Shown here: positions 1-8,842 of the stretch, in pieces
Numbering within the stretch: the stretch's first letter is position 1
Layout of the letters: each line of letters begins with the position of its first letter
NCBI GenBank assembly: GCA_044378235.1
Contig: JBILXT010000002.1
Span: forward strand, 10,257-74,256
Direction: 5' to 3'
Length of the DNA stretch: 64,000 nucleotides
DNA from: Planctomycetaceae bacterium
GTDB taxonomy: Bacteria; Planctomycetota; Planctomycetia; Planctomycetales; Planctomycetaceae
Program-made: the position numbers and the translations under genes
The notes under the pieces: model-generated
Database searches by the model: none
What the model was told of the DNA's origin: nothing
Seen by the model: only the letters and a program-made list of their open reading frames with translations

Positions 1-24
1 TTGTCCCCTTCACGAGATTCCATC

Positions 25-573
25 ATGATCATCTCCACACGCTCTCCGCTTTGTCAGCGTTTCGCCACTGCCGCCTTGCTGACGCTCTGTCTTGGGCTGC
101 TGGCAAAGTCGCGACCGCTCAATGCAGCAATGCCGGGAGTCTTCTCGGGGGCGACAATGCTGGCTGCCGACCGAGCAGACCTGGCGATTGATACCGGTCT
201 CTGGCGTGGCGAGTTCTTGAAGACTCCGGAGGAAGAAGAATCTCCCGGCCCCGGAGCATCTGATGACGAAAATCACCAAAGCCTGCAGGCCATGCGAACC
301 ACTGATGTGCGTGACAACTCCGACCTTGTGAACCTGGAAGGAGCCGCTGAAGAGTACTTTGAAGACGGAGAAGTACTGCCCGTTCAGTCAACTAGTGACA
401 ACATCGTCGTGACGTGCGAAATATCCGAGAACTTGACGGACTGGGAACAGGCCATTTGCAATGTTTCCGATGGTAAGTCTCTGGCCGTCGGACAACAGGG
501 CCCATCAATGATTACCGCCATCGTCGCCGTCGTTGGCGTGATCGTGGTGCTTGGTGCCTACATGAAGAAGTAG
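25..573 (+). CDS. hypothetical secreted / C-terminally membrane-anchored acidic protein
   Basis: ORF 1..573 starts with TTG at the window edge. The internal ATG at 25 gives a signal-like hydrophobic N-terminus (AALLTLCLGLLA). There is a C-terminal TM helix (MITAIVAVVGVIVVLGAYMKK). No family recognised. Confidence 0.4.
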   Translation: MIISTRSPLCQRFATAALLTLCLGLLAKSRPLNAAMPGVFSGATMLAADRADLAIDTGLWRGEFLKTPEEEESPGPGASDDENHQSLQAMRTTDVRDNSDLVNLEGAAEEYFEDGEVLPVQSTSDNIVVTCEISENLTDWEQAICNVSDGKSLAVGQQGPSMITAIVAVVGVIVVLGAYMKK

Positions 574-666
574 CAAGCCGGCCGGGATCCTGCGCCCTGT
601 TGCTCGGGAGATGGTGCTTCGAGCGGAGGCAGAGTTTGTCTGCTCCCGACAGAGAACACTCTGGCG

Positions 667-2883
667 TCATGAGCCTAACAGGTAAGCTCGCAGATCTCGC
701 ATCATGACCATACAACGACCGGCAAAGGCTTCGGCTTCCGTCACTTTTCCATAAGGTACGACAAGGATTGAGACCTGATGGACAGTCTTGGGTTTTCCGT
801 CTAACTGGCTGACTGATCGCATCGTTCCAAATGAGATACAGACGTCGATCGGCTGCTTAGCTGTGGTACTGCCCCAGCGACGTGTAAAGCCCAGCGAACC
901 CAGACGGATCTTCATGTTGCCATGATCCATGCTGAGTACGTCGCCTTTGTATTCGCGAATAAAGGCCTGAAGTTTCATCGCTGTCAGTTCAAGCGAAGTC
1001 GACACTTCGATCTTCTCGCGGAACTCGAATGAGCCGTCTTTTTCAGCAAATTGAGGCTGCTGCTCCTGAACCGCCGCAGCTTTCAGAGCCGCTTCATCGA
1101 CGACTTCTGTTTCCCAACAAGTGCGATTTCGGCCGGTTTCCTTAGCGCGATACAGACAGTTGTCTGCTCGCTCAAGAACAGTCTGAACGGTGTCGCCCAG
1201 TTTAGCCGTGGAAACGCCGAACGATGATGTCACCGTGAGAGTACTAATGCCGCCGATGGAACTTTTCTGAATGGCGTGTCGCAAACGTTCTGCGCGTCGT
1301 ACCGCTGCATCAAGATCGGTGTCAGGGCACAGCACGACAAATTCTTCGCCACCGTAGCGGCCAATGATTTCGCCGGAATACGTTTCGTGCTGCAGCAACC
1401 GAGTCATATCGACAAGCACCTGGTCGCCCACCTGATGACCGTAGTTGTCGTTGATACGTTTGAATTTGTCGACGTCCAGAAAGATCGTACTGAGATGTCG
1501 AGTTCCCTCGTTGGAATGAAACTCTTCCAGCATATGACGCAGCTGAGTTTCCAGCTGACCACGATTGGCAACACCTGTCAGTGGATCTCGCGTGGCCGCC
1601 AGTTTCAGTTCAACATATTCACGGCTCTGACGTCGCACGCCGCTCTTGTTTCGCAGCAGTTGCACAGTCCCCTGAACGGTTCCATTCGATGCCAGAATCG
1701 GCATGGTGTAAACATCGACCTTCAAATGGCGAGTGTCACCGACGCGACAGAGGCGACTACCGAACTGAGCTCGGCCATTCTTCAGCATCTGGCCGACCAT
1801 CGTCTCATCGCGAGATTCCGGAGACGGCTTATCATCGGTTAACGATGCCAGCTGAACGTCGACAGGCTGCCATGTTCGCCCCAGAACACTTTGCAATGGA
1901 AGCCCTGTCATGCTGGGCATTCCATCGCTCCAAATGCAGTAGTTTTCGTTGGAGTCGAGGACAAAGTAGCCGTCGTACAAGACCTGGAACTGATAGAGGA
2001 CGTTAATGAACTGAGCCAGCAACACGGCTTCATTCCGCTGCTGATCGGTCATCTCTGGTCGTGGTTCAGTGGACTGAAACGGGTCGGCGAATCGAAAGAG
2101 TGAATCGCCTTCAGCTTCAAACCAGCGATTGAGAGTTCGAATAATATTGCCGTCGTATCGGCTGCCTGATTTTTCTTCCAGAACGCTGATGGCTTCTTTG
2201 TGAGTCATCCCGCGGCGATATGGTTTGGGTGAGCTGAGTGAATCAAAGGCATCGGCGACGGCAAGAATTCGTGGCCCGAGCGGTAGATCGGTCGAAGCTC
2301 CTGCGGTTGGCACGTTGATTCCCGCACTGTCGAAATCGTGATGCAGCATGGAGAGCATCGAAACGACAGCCGGATCCGTATGAAACGCCTGCAGCAGATT
2401 GACCGCGGCATGATGATGCAGCAGAACGAAGTCATACTCTTCGCTGCTGAGTTTTCCTGGCTTCTTCAGAATATGTTCGGGAACACCTAGTTTCCCAAGG
2501 TCGTGCAGCAACGCAGCAACTTCCAGTTGTCGTCGTTGGTCGTCGTCCCAGCCGAGAAGTTTTGCAACGCCGCTGGAGATGGCCGCAATTCGCTGGCCAT
2601 GCAGCAGGCTTGTTGAATCCTGCAGTTTCATCGTTCGCAGCAGCAGAGTCATCAGGCTGCGAGGCATAATCTGCTTTTCGCCGCTCATGGCCTGTTGTCG
2701 CCGCGCATCTTCGGACAGGGCCAGCATGCGTAACAGAACACCACTGGTGTCCGTCGGCATGGCCGGCGTCAGAAACTCTGGCGAGATTCCGGTATGTCTG
2801 TTGATGGGGGACGCTGTTGACACTGGCAGCACGCTCGTACGACCTGTTGCAGATCCAAAACAGGGCTCAGGTGTTGTGCCCAA
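667..2883 (-). CDS. diguanylate cyclase (GGDEF) with an N-terminal degenerate HD-GYP-type HD domain, a central PAS-like region and an unassigned C-terminal domain
   Basis: 738-aa ORF. HD-domain motifs are AALLHDLGKLGVPE, LLHHHAAVN and MLHHDFDSAG (no GYP). The GGDEF active-site motif is GRYGGEEFVVLCPD. The start codon is uncertain because there are several in-frame Met codons in the first ~70 codons. Confidence 0.85.
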   Translation of the reverse strand: MGTTPEPCFGSATGRTSVLPVSTASPINRHTGISPEFLTPAMPTDTSGVLLRMLALSEDARRQQAMSGEKQIMPRSLMTLLLRTMKLQDSTSLLHGQRIAAISSGVAKLLGWDDDQRRQLEVAALLHDLGKLGVPEHILKKPGKLSSEEYDFVLLHHHAAVNLLQAFHTDPAVVSMLSMLHHDFDSAGINVPTAGASTDLPLGPRILAVADAFDSLSSPKPYRRGMTHKEAISVLEEKSGSRYDGNIIRTLNRWFEAEGDSLFRFADPFQSTEPRPEMTDQQRNEAVLLAQFINVLYQFQVLYDGYFVLDSNENYCIWSDGMPSMTGLPLQSVLGRTWQPVDVQLASLTDDKPSPESRDETMVGQMLKNGRAQFGSRLCRVGDTRHLKVDVYTMPILASNGTVQGTVQLLRNKSGVRRQSREYVELKLAATRDPLTGVANRGQLETQLRHMLEEFHSNEGTRHLSTIFLDVDKFKRINDNYGHQVGDQVLVDMTRLLQHETYSGEIIGRYGGEEFVVLCPDTDLDAAVRRAERLRHAIQKSSIGGISTLTVTSSFGVSTAKLGDTVQTVLERADNCLYRAKETGRNRTCWETEVVDEAALKAAAVQEQQPQFAEKDGSFEFREKIEVSTSLELTAMKLQAFIREYKGDVLSMDHGNMKIRLGSLGFTRRWGSTTAKQPIDVCISFGTMRSVSQLDGKPKTVHQVSILVVPYGKVTEAEAFAGRCMVMMRDLRAYLLGS

Positions 2884-3160
2884 TCTGGAATCTGCGGGGG
2901 ATGGTCGAAAAGTGTTCGTATCAGGGGATGATGATGCTTTTAAACATCGGACCTTGGAACTCTAGGTTACGGAGCAAGTAAGTGTCGGAAGAACAACAAA
3001 AGTTGCCAAACCTTTTACTCCATGCAATCTTCCGGATTGATGAAATCGTTGTAGACGGACCAAATGATCGTAGTCCGTATCGTCGGGATAGTTGGAGTAG
3101 CGTTTATCCCGACAGTGAAATCCGCCCCCGTGGCCGCTCTTTGGCCACTTCGGAATCTAC

Positions 3161-3213
3161 GTTTACCGCCCAGCCGCAGGCGCCGGCTTTGCCTGCACCG
3201 CCGCCTGTTTGCC
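3161..3213. repeat. degenerate copy of REP-like family A (GTTTACCGCC...)
   Basis: The left arm GTTTACCGCCCAGCCGCAGGCGCCGGC is near-identical to the copies at 14120 and 16643. The right arm is decayed. Confidence 0.3.
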
Positions 3214-3266
3214 ATAGTGTTTTCAAAAGGAATGCAGGCCGTCCGGTGACCGGACTCAAATGCCAT

Positions 3267-3304
3267 AAAAAAACCGGCCAGCATCCTCAGGGGTTGCTGG
3301 CCGG
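3267..3304 (-). terminator. rho-independent terminator downstream of CDS 3362..3862
   Basis: On the minus strand: CCGGCCAGCA, an 11-nt loop, TGCTGGCCGG, then a run of 7 T. It lies about 60 nt after the stop codon. Confidence 0.7.
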
Positions 3305-3361
3305 TTCGACGCTGTTCTTCGATGGGACTGGACCGACACACATGCCGTATCGGTCTTCCGC

Positions 3362-3862
3362 TTACCAAAGTCGGTTGTACCAAAGCGGGGAGAACATAAA
3401 GAATCCGGACACAGGTGTCAGGACTCGTGATGGACGAGCTGGCTGAGGAATTCGCTTCACCGGCTCTTTGTGTTCGAAGTTGTGATTGATCACTGTCTGG
3501 TGGCGAGCGTTCCCTGTCAGAATCTCCATGGTGGAGTCATGACGATAGTTCGGATTGGCTTTGTATTCGGCACGGCTGAACGGAATCGAATTGTAGATGC
3601 GACGATACTCGGCAGAGTCCGCTTTTGCAGCCGGGCTGACATACACGATTCCATTCATCGCATGGTGCTGCTGAATGGAAACGACTTCGATCGGAGCTGC
3701 GGGCTCGCGATCTTCTGCAACAACGGTGTTGCCGGGCGCAATCGAAATCGCATCCGGAACCGGAGGAACAACCTGAGGTTCGTCAGACTTTGCATCCTGA
3801 GCAAAGAACAGTGCCAGTGCAACAATCGCCATGGCAAGAGTAAAGCGGCGGGACAGTGTCAT
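3362..3862 (-). CDS. hypothetical secreted protein
   Basis: 166-aa ORF with an N-terminal signal peptide (MTLSRRFTLAMAIVALALFFAQDA), followed by a good terminator. No family recognised. Confidence 0.55.
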   Translation of the reverse strand: MTLSRRFTLAMAIVALALFFAQDAKSDEPQVVPPVPDAISIAPGNTVVAEDREPAAPIEVVSIQQHHAMNGIVYVSPAAKADSAEYRRIYNSIPFSRAEYKANPNYRHDSTMEILTGNARHQTVINHNFEHKEPVKRIPQPARPSRVLTPVSGFFMFSPLWYNRLW

Positions 3863-4000
3863 GGTCTTCTCCTTTGATCAACGAAACAGCGGATACGTTG
3901 AATGGAGAATGAATGGGCCGCGCACCCTGTGTCAACGAGTGAAAAAAAACGTCGGACAGTTTTTCAGGGCTGATTCAGAACGCAGGACTGTGCAGGGTTT

Positions 4001-4702
4001 TCAGGGTTTGTTGCCCAGATACACCGTCGCGATTCCGCCTGTCAGTTTGTGATAAGAAGTGTTTACAAGTCCAGCTTCTTCCATCAATCCCGTAAGCTGC
4101 GAACCGCTCGGAAATTCCGACACCGACTGAGGCAGATACTCATAAGCCGCCTGGCGATTTCTCACCAGCAACTGTCCCAGTCGTGGCAGGATATTGCGGA
4201 AATACCATTGATAAATTCGGCTTAGAAGTCGATTGTCGGGCAGCGAAAACTCAAGTACGACGACCTTGCCACCGGGCTGACACACACGTGTCATCTCCTT
4301 CAGTCCGCCAATTGTGCTGGACACATTGCGTAATCCGAACGCGACCGACACTACCTGAAACATGTCGGATCGAAACGGAAGTGACATGGTGTCGGCTTCC
4401 ATAAACACGACGTCACGGTCCGAACGCTTTTGTTCGGCAAGTCGCAACATGCCGTGCGTAAAGTCGGTGCCGAAAACCGGCGCGGTGCCGTTCAGTTTTT
4501 TGCGAAACGCAAAGGCCAGATCGCCGGTCCCGGTACACACATCAAGAATCGGTGATGAGTTAAACGGCTGAGCCAGCCGAACCGTTCTCCAGCGCCAGTA
4601 CACGTCGGTACCGGCGGAGAGGAAATGATTCATGAAGTCATACCGGCCCGCGATTTCTCCGAACATCTGACGAATGCGTGAACCCGACTTATCAACAGGC
4701 AT
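4001..4702 (-). CDS. ubiE: demethylmenaquinone/ubiquinone C-methyltransferase (UbiE/MenG family)
   Basis: The N-terminus has the family-typical FGEIAGRYDFMNHFLSAGTDVYWR. The SAM motif I is ILDVCTGTGDLAF. Length is 233 aa. Confidence 0.9.
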   Translation of the reverse strand: MPVDKSGSRIRQMFGEIAGRYDFMNHFLSAGTDVYWRWRTVRLAQPFNSSPILDVCTGTGDLAFAFRKKLNGTAPVFGTDFTHGMLRLAEQKRSDRDVVFMEADTMSLPFRSDMFQVVSVAFGLRNVSSTIGGLKEMTRVCQPGGKVVVLEFSLPDNRLLSRIYQWYFRNILPRLGQLLVRNRQAAYEYLPQSVSEFPSGSQLTGLMEEAGLVNTSYHKLTGGIATVYLGNKP

Positions 4703-4832
4703 GGCACTGAACTCTATTCTGGACAGTCACTATTTCGGAGGGTGTGACATGCAAAGTCAGGGCACACCGTGATGAGATGAACGCTCCGAGCCGATCCTTC
4801 AGTCCGCAAGCTGGGGCTACTTGTTAACAGGC

Positions 4833-5222
4833 TCAGGATTCAACAACATTGAAATCGACCGGATCCATCACGTCTTCGGCACCGTTGTAGTTGATCGTGA
4901 TTTCTTCGCCCTGCTCGATGTCTCGCAGAGCCCGATATTCTTTGACCTGATTGCCCGCGTCGTCGTATCTCGCGTTTGGGCTGTAGGAGTGGTTGTAGAG
5001 CGAGCCAAAACCGAGGGCGAGGGCAACCTTACCTTTGCCATATTCGAAGACATAGGCTGGCAACACGTTGGCGTGATCGCCTTCCAGGGCTTCCTTTTCC
5101 GCCATCACCAGCAACGGCGCACGTTCAAAAACGGTGCCAGCCGGTATGAAAACTCGCGCATAAACGCCACGGCCTTTGCCCTTGGCACGCTTCACTTCAA
5201 TCATCGTCGAGGGAATGAGCAT
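4833..5222 (-). CDS. SET-domain protein (putative protein-lysine methyltransferase)
   Basis: 129 aa. Motifs are GRGVYA, the NHS..PN motif (YNHSYSPNA) and EEITINY. Confidence 0.8.
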   Translation of the reverse strand: MLIPSTMIEVKRAKGKGRGVYARVFIPAGTVFERAPLLVMAEKEALEGDHANVLPAYVFEYGKGKVALALGFGSLYNHSYSPNARYDDAGNQVKEYRALRDIEQGEEITINYNGAEDVMDPVDFNVVES

Positions 5223-5296
5223 TGTCGGTTGTTTTTAGGAAGGGAATTGTGGAGAAGAAAAACGACAGCCAGAAGGATAACGGGTTCTGTGTCTCT

Positions 5297-5360
5297 GTTT
5301 ACCGCCGAGCCGAAGGCGATGGCTTTTACTTGAGCCGTCGCCTTCGGCTTGGCGGTAAAC
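5297..5360. repeat. REP-like palindromic element, family A
   Basis: GTTTACCGCCGAGCCGAAGGCGATGGC, a loop, then GCCGTCGCCTTCGGCTTGGCGGTAAAC. It lies between the pyrC-like stop and the SET gene start. Confidence 0.8.
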
Positions 5361-5396
5361 GATTAAGGGCATCGACTTTCCGTCAGGCGAGCACAG

Positions 5397-6707
5397 TCAC
5401 TTGCAGACACCCTTCTGATAACGAATCTCACCATCAACCAAGGTCATCACAACTCGTCCCGTGAAGACATTGCCATCGAAGGGAGTGTTGCGACTGCGTG
5501 AACGAAACTCGGACGCTTTCACAGTCCATTGCTCTTCTGGATCAATAACTGTGACGTCCGCTGGTTGGCCAGTTGAAAGCGTCCCGTGCTTCAGCCCAAG
5601 CACAGCCGCCGGTCCAACGGTCAAGCGTGATATCAATTCCGACCACGTTAAATGCCCCGGCTCAATCAGAGCTTTCACGCAGACCGGTAGCAGCGTTTCA
5701 ATTCCACAGATGCCGAATGGAGCGATATCCAGTTCGACCTGCTTTTTCTCAAACGCGAGCGGCTGATGATCGGCGGTGATGGCGGACAATGTGCCATCCT
5801 TCAATCCTGCGATTAGGGCCTGAACATGCTCGGCGGAACGCAGCGGAGGATTGCACTTGTACATTGTGTCAAACGAATCCATCACCTCGTCGGTCAGCAG
5901 CAGATGATGAGGAGTCACGTCGGCCGTGACCGCAATGCCTGCCGCCTGGGCTCGGCGAATTCGTTCCACTGAATCGGCAGTCGTGACACACATCAGGTGA
6001 ACTCGGCCCCCTGTCAGTTCCGCCAACGCAATATCCCGCCCCGTCATAATGTCCTGAGCCGCCGCCGGGATGCCTCGCAGACCTAATCTTGTCGCCTGGT
6101 AACCTTCGTGGATCACGCCGCCTTCGGACAGTTCCGGCACCATGGCGAAGTGCAGAATCGGACGGTTGAACATCCGAGTATATTCCAACGCTCGCCGCAT
6201 CACTTCGGAATTAGCAACAGGGTTCTTGGCGTCGGAAAAACCAATCGCACCGCCCTGCACCAACTGTCCGATCTCGGCCAGCTCTTCGCCTTTGCTTTCC
6301 TTGGTTACAGCCCCCAAAGGATAGACGCGGCAATTGCGAGCACGCTCGGCCTGCAAACGGATGAACTCGGCCGCCGATCGATTGTCCACAACAGGGCGGG
6401 TATCAGACTGAGCTGCTATGGTCGTGAAGCCACCTGCCAGGGCCGCCGCCGTTCCTGTGGCGGTTGATTCATCTTCTTCGTAACCAGGCTCTCGCAACGA
6501 AACATGAGTGTCGATAAATCCCGGACACACAATCATGCCCGTTGCGTTGATGATCTCCGTGTCACGCCAGTCAATGTCCGCGTCGGATTCTTCCCGCACA
6601 CTGGTGACGGCATCGATACGACCATCCTGAATCCATACATCGGCGATGGCATCAATACCATTCGCCGGATCGATTACTCGTCCACCGCGAATCAGTTTTC
6701 GGCTCAT
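5397..6707 (-). CDS. pyrC: dihydroorotase-like amidohydrolase (possibly non-catalytic PyrC-prime type)
   Basis: 436 aa with clear type-I DHOase similarity ([33 protein letters not shown]). The first metal motif reads H-V-S instead of H-x-H. There is a 4-nt ATGA overlap with the pyrB stop. Confidence 0.85.
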   Translation of the reverse strand: MSRKLIRGGRVIDPANGIDAIADVWIQDGRIDAVTSVREESDADIDWRDTEIINATGMIVCPGFIDTHVSLREPGYEEDESTATGTAAALAGGFTTIAAQSDTRPVVDNRSAAEFIRLQAERARNCRVYPLGAVTKESKGEELAEIGQLVQGGAIGFSDAKNPVANSEVMRRALEYTRMFNRPILHFAMVPELSEGGVIHEGYQATRLGLRGIPAAAQDIMTGRDIALAELTGGRVHLMCVTTADSVERIRRAQAAGIAVTADVTPHHLLLTDEVMDSFDTMYKCNPPLRSAEHVQALIAGLKDGTLSAITADHQPLAFEKKQVELDIAPFGICGIETLLPVCVKALIEPGHLTWSELISRLTVGPAAVLGLKHGTLSTGQPADVTVIDPEEQWTVKASEFRSRSRNTPFDGNVFTGRVVMTLVDGEIRYQKGVCK

Positions 6708-7675
6708 GCCTCACCTCCCTGCAGGCGTCGGCGCTCCTGTGTCAGCAGTGTCAGACAAGCCATGCGCACCAGCAGTCCATTTGAGACTTGATTCAGGATC
6801 AGTGAATGCGGCCCATCGGCGACATCCGGAGTCAGCTCCACTCCTCGATTGATCGGTCCCGGAGCCAGCACCAGCAGATCGCTCTTCCCGCGACGAATTC
6901 GATCGCCATTCATTCCGAAGAGATTGGCATACTCCGGAATCGAAGGAAAGAACGCCCCTCTCTGACGTTCAAACTGAACTCGGAGCAGGTTTACGCAATC
7001 CACTTCTGGCAGAATTTCATCCAGGCTGTAAGCGACTTCGACACCCATTCGAGTGATATCGCTGGGGATCAGGGTCGAAGGGCCGCAGACGATGACTCGA
7101 GCTCCCAGCGTAACAAGTCCGTGGATATTCGAACGTGCAACTCGACTGTGCCGAATATCGCCGACCAAAGCCACCGTCAGCCCCGAAATTCGTCCTCTGG
7201 CTTTCCGGATCGTGTAGATGTCCAACAGGCCCTGAGTTGGATGTTCGTGAGTTCCGTCGCCTGCGTTCAGCACGCTGGCTTTCAGATGGCGAGCCAGCAA
7301 ATGAGGAGCCCCGGGAGTTCGATGGCGACAGACCACCATGTCGACTCCCATCGCCTCGATCGTCAGCGCGGTGTCGATGAATGTCTCGCCTTTGGACAGG
7401 CTGCTGGAGCTGGCCGTAAAGTCGACCGTATCCGCGCCAAGTCGGCGAGCGGCGAGACTAAAACTGGTGCGAGTTCTGGTGGAGTTTTCGAAAAACAGAT
7501 TAGCAACGACGATACCTTTCAGCACGTCCAGTCGCTGAGTTCCGCCGAGGGTGACACGATCATAGTGTTCCGCGAGATCCAGAACGGTCGTCAGCTGCTC
7601 GGCCGACAATCGCTCCAACCCCAGCAGGTGCCGCTCACCCCACGGCCCGCTTACAGGAAGATTATTGAGTACCAT
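6704..7675 (-). CDS. pyrB: aspartate carbamoyltransferase catalytic subunit
   Basis: 323 aa. The carbamoyl-phosphate motif is [10 protein letters not shown]. Also present are HPTQGLLD and the C-terminal PGPINRGVE. Confidence 0.95.
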   Translation of the reverse strand: MVLNNLPVSGPWGERHLLGLERLSAEQLTTVLDLAEHYDRVTLGGTQRLDVLKGIVVANLFFENSTRTRTSFSLAARRLGADTVDFTASSSSLSKGETFIDTALTIEAMGVDMVVCRHRTPGAPHLLARHLKASVLNAGDGTHEHPTQGLLDIYTIRKARGRISGLTVALVGDIRHSRVARSNIHGLVTLGARVIVCGPSTLIPSDITRMGVEVAYSLDEILPEVDCVNLLRVQFERQRGAFFPSIPEYANLFGMNGDRIRRGKSDLLVLAPGPINRGVELTPDVADGPHSLILNQVSNGLLVRMACLTLLTQERRRLQGGEA

Positions 7676-7870
7676 CAGACGCCATTTCGCTCTCGATTAA
7701 CATTTTCCTGCCTCTCGGGCGAATCTATCTGCATCCGCGATCCCATTCAATTCACCGCGAACCCGTTGTGTGGATTTCCTCAACAAGGGCAGTGTTTTCG
7801 CGGCCGGGCTCATTTGACTCATCTCGGTCTGCGAGATGGATTGAGTGCCAATTCCGCTTCCGGGTCCCAC

Positions 7871-8490
7871 GTTGCTGACAGAAAAAAGCGGGCAGTAAGA
7901 ATTCTCTTTATTTCTGTCCTCTTCTTGCTGTCAGCCTTTTGGTGATTTGGCCCGTCAGCGGCGATTCAATGTGGACCTGACCTGCTGCGGTTCTGATTTA
8001 AGTTGCGAGTGAGATGCGCGGTGATCTTTCGATGTTATGCCTCTGTGCTGAATCCGCACAGCGGGATGAGGAGTAGGTTGTCGCTCAGGTACCGCGTTGC
8101 TGACAGAAAAAAGCGGGCAGTAAGAATTCTCTTTACTTCTGTCCTCTTCTTGCTGTCAGCCTTTTGGTGATTTGGCCCGTCAATGCCGATTCAATGTGGG
8201 CCTGACCTGCTGTGGTTCTGAATCAAGTTGCGATGTGAGATGCACGGTGATTTTTCGATGTTGTACTGCAGTGCTGAATCTGCACAGCGGGATGAGGAGT
8301 AGGTTTTCGCTCAGGTGTCGCGTTGCTGACAGAAAAAAGTGGGCAGTAAGAATTCTCTTTATTTCTGTCCTTTTCTTGCTGTCAGCCTTTTGGTGGTTTG
8401 GCCCGTCAACGCCGATTCAATGTGGGCCTGACCTGCTGTGTTGCGATGTGAGATGCGCGGTGATTTTTGGATGGCGAGCTGCTGCGCTGA
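7871..8490. repeat. tandem direct repeat, 2.7 copies of a 225-226 nt unit, each with a 62-nt imperfect hairpin
   Basis: Units start at 7871, 8096 and 8322 (GTTGCTGACAGAAAAAAG...). The hairpins GCTGACAG...CTGTCAGC are at 7874-7935, 8099-8160 and 8325-8386. The third copy has a 13-nt deletion and decays near 8490. Confidence 0.9.
8066..8170 (+). other. candidate 34-codon mini-ORF inside repeat unit 2 (MRSRLSLRYRVADRKKRAVRILFTSVLFLLSAFW), very uncertain
   Basis: ATG at 8066 and TGA at 8168-8170. The paralogous ATG at 8292 in unit 3 has lost its stop and reads through to 8498. The basic and hydrophobic halves are encoded by the A-rich and T-rich hairpin arms, so this may be a translation artefact. 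Confidence 0.15.
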
Positions 8491-8537
8491 AGAAATAATG
8501 GTACGAGGAGTACATACGTAAAGCTCCCGCTGTTGTC

Positions 8538-8840
8538 TCAGCCCCCGCTTAGTGCGCCCCAGATGATGAAGGGCTCTTTGCCGGCGACGATGGCTTCAGG
8601 CAGCGATGCGGCGGTATCTACAAACGACAGGTCCTGCTGGCATCCGAAGTATCGCAGGAAGGCACGTCGCTTCTTAGTGACGTGATCGCGCACGGTGCCA
8701 CAGAGCATCGGATAGCGTTGCTCAAGAGCGTCGAGCACAGTGTCGATCGTGACAGGGCTCGAGACCTCCAGCATAACCTCCGGGCCGGACCTCGCAAGGT
8801 TCTGCAAGTGAAACGGGATCTCCACGCGAATCGTTGTCAT
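8538..8840 (-). CDS. MoaD/ThiS-family ubiquitin-like beta-grasp protein with C-terminal Gly-Gly
   Basis: 100 aa ending ...EPFIIWGALSGG (MoaD ends ...FFPPVTGG). The start is 2 nt after the stop of the upstream BNR gene. Confidence 0.7.
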   Translation of the reverse strand: MTTIRVEIPFHLQNLARSGPEVMLEVSSPVTIDTVLDALEQRYPMLCGTVRDHVTKKRRAFLRYFGCQQDLSFVDTAASLPEAIVAGKEPFIIWGALSGG

Positions 8841-8842
8841 AG

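Noticed and set aside
7705-7725. PyrR-binding-loop-like sequence in the pyrB leader (minus strand GCCCGAGAGGCAGG)
   Set aside because: It only partially resembles my recollection of the PyrR box (UCCAGAGAGGC). No adjoining anti-terminator/terminator pair is seen, and no pyrR is in the window. Testing it would need a cmsearch with the Rfam PyrR model.
6806-7945. 379-aa plus-strand ORF
   Set aside because: It is entirely antisense to pyrB, which has unambiguous ATCase motifs, and its 3-prime end runs into repeat unit 1. It has no recognisable motifs. It is a typical shadow ORF.
7871-8490. CRISPR array or integron attC cluster as an explanation for the tandem hairpins
   Set aside because: It is not CRISPR: the whole 225-nt unit, including the would-be spacer, is repeated, and no cas genes are present. 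It is not attC: the hairpin ends (GTTGCTG / CAGCAAC) do not fit the GTTRRRY / RYYYAAC core sites, and no intI is present.
8172-8498. 108-aa plus-strand ORF across repeat units 2-3
   Set aside because: It exists only because unit 3 lost a stop codon. It is Cys/Arg-rich, and its sequence is just the translated repeat. I do not call it a gene.
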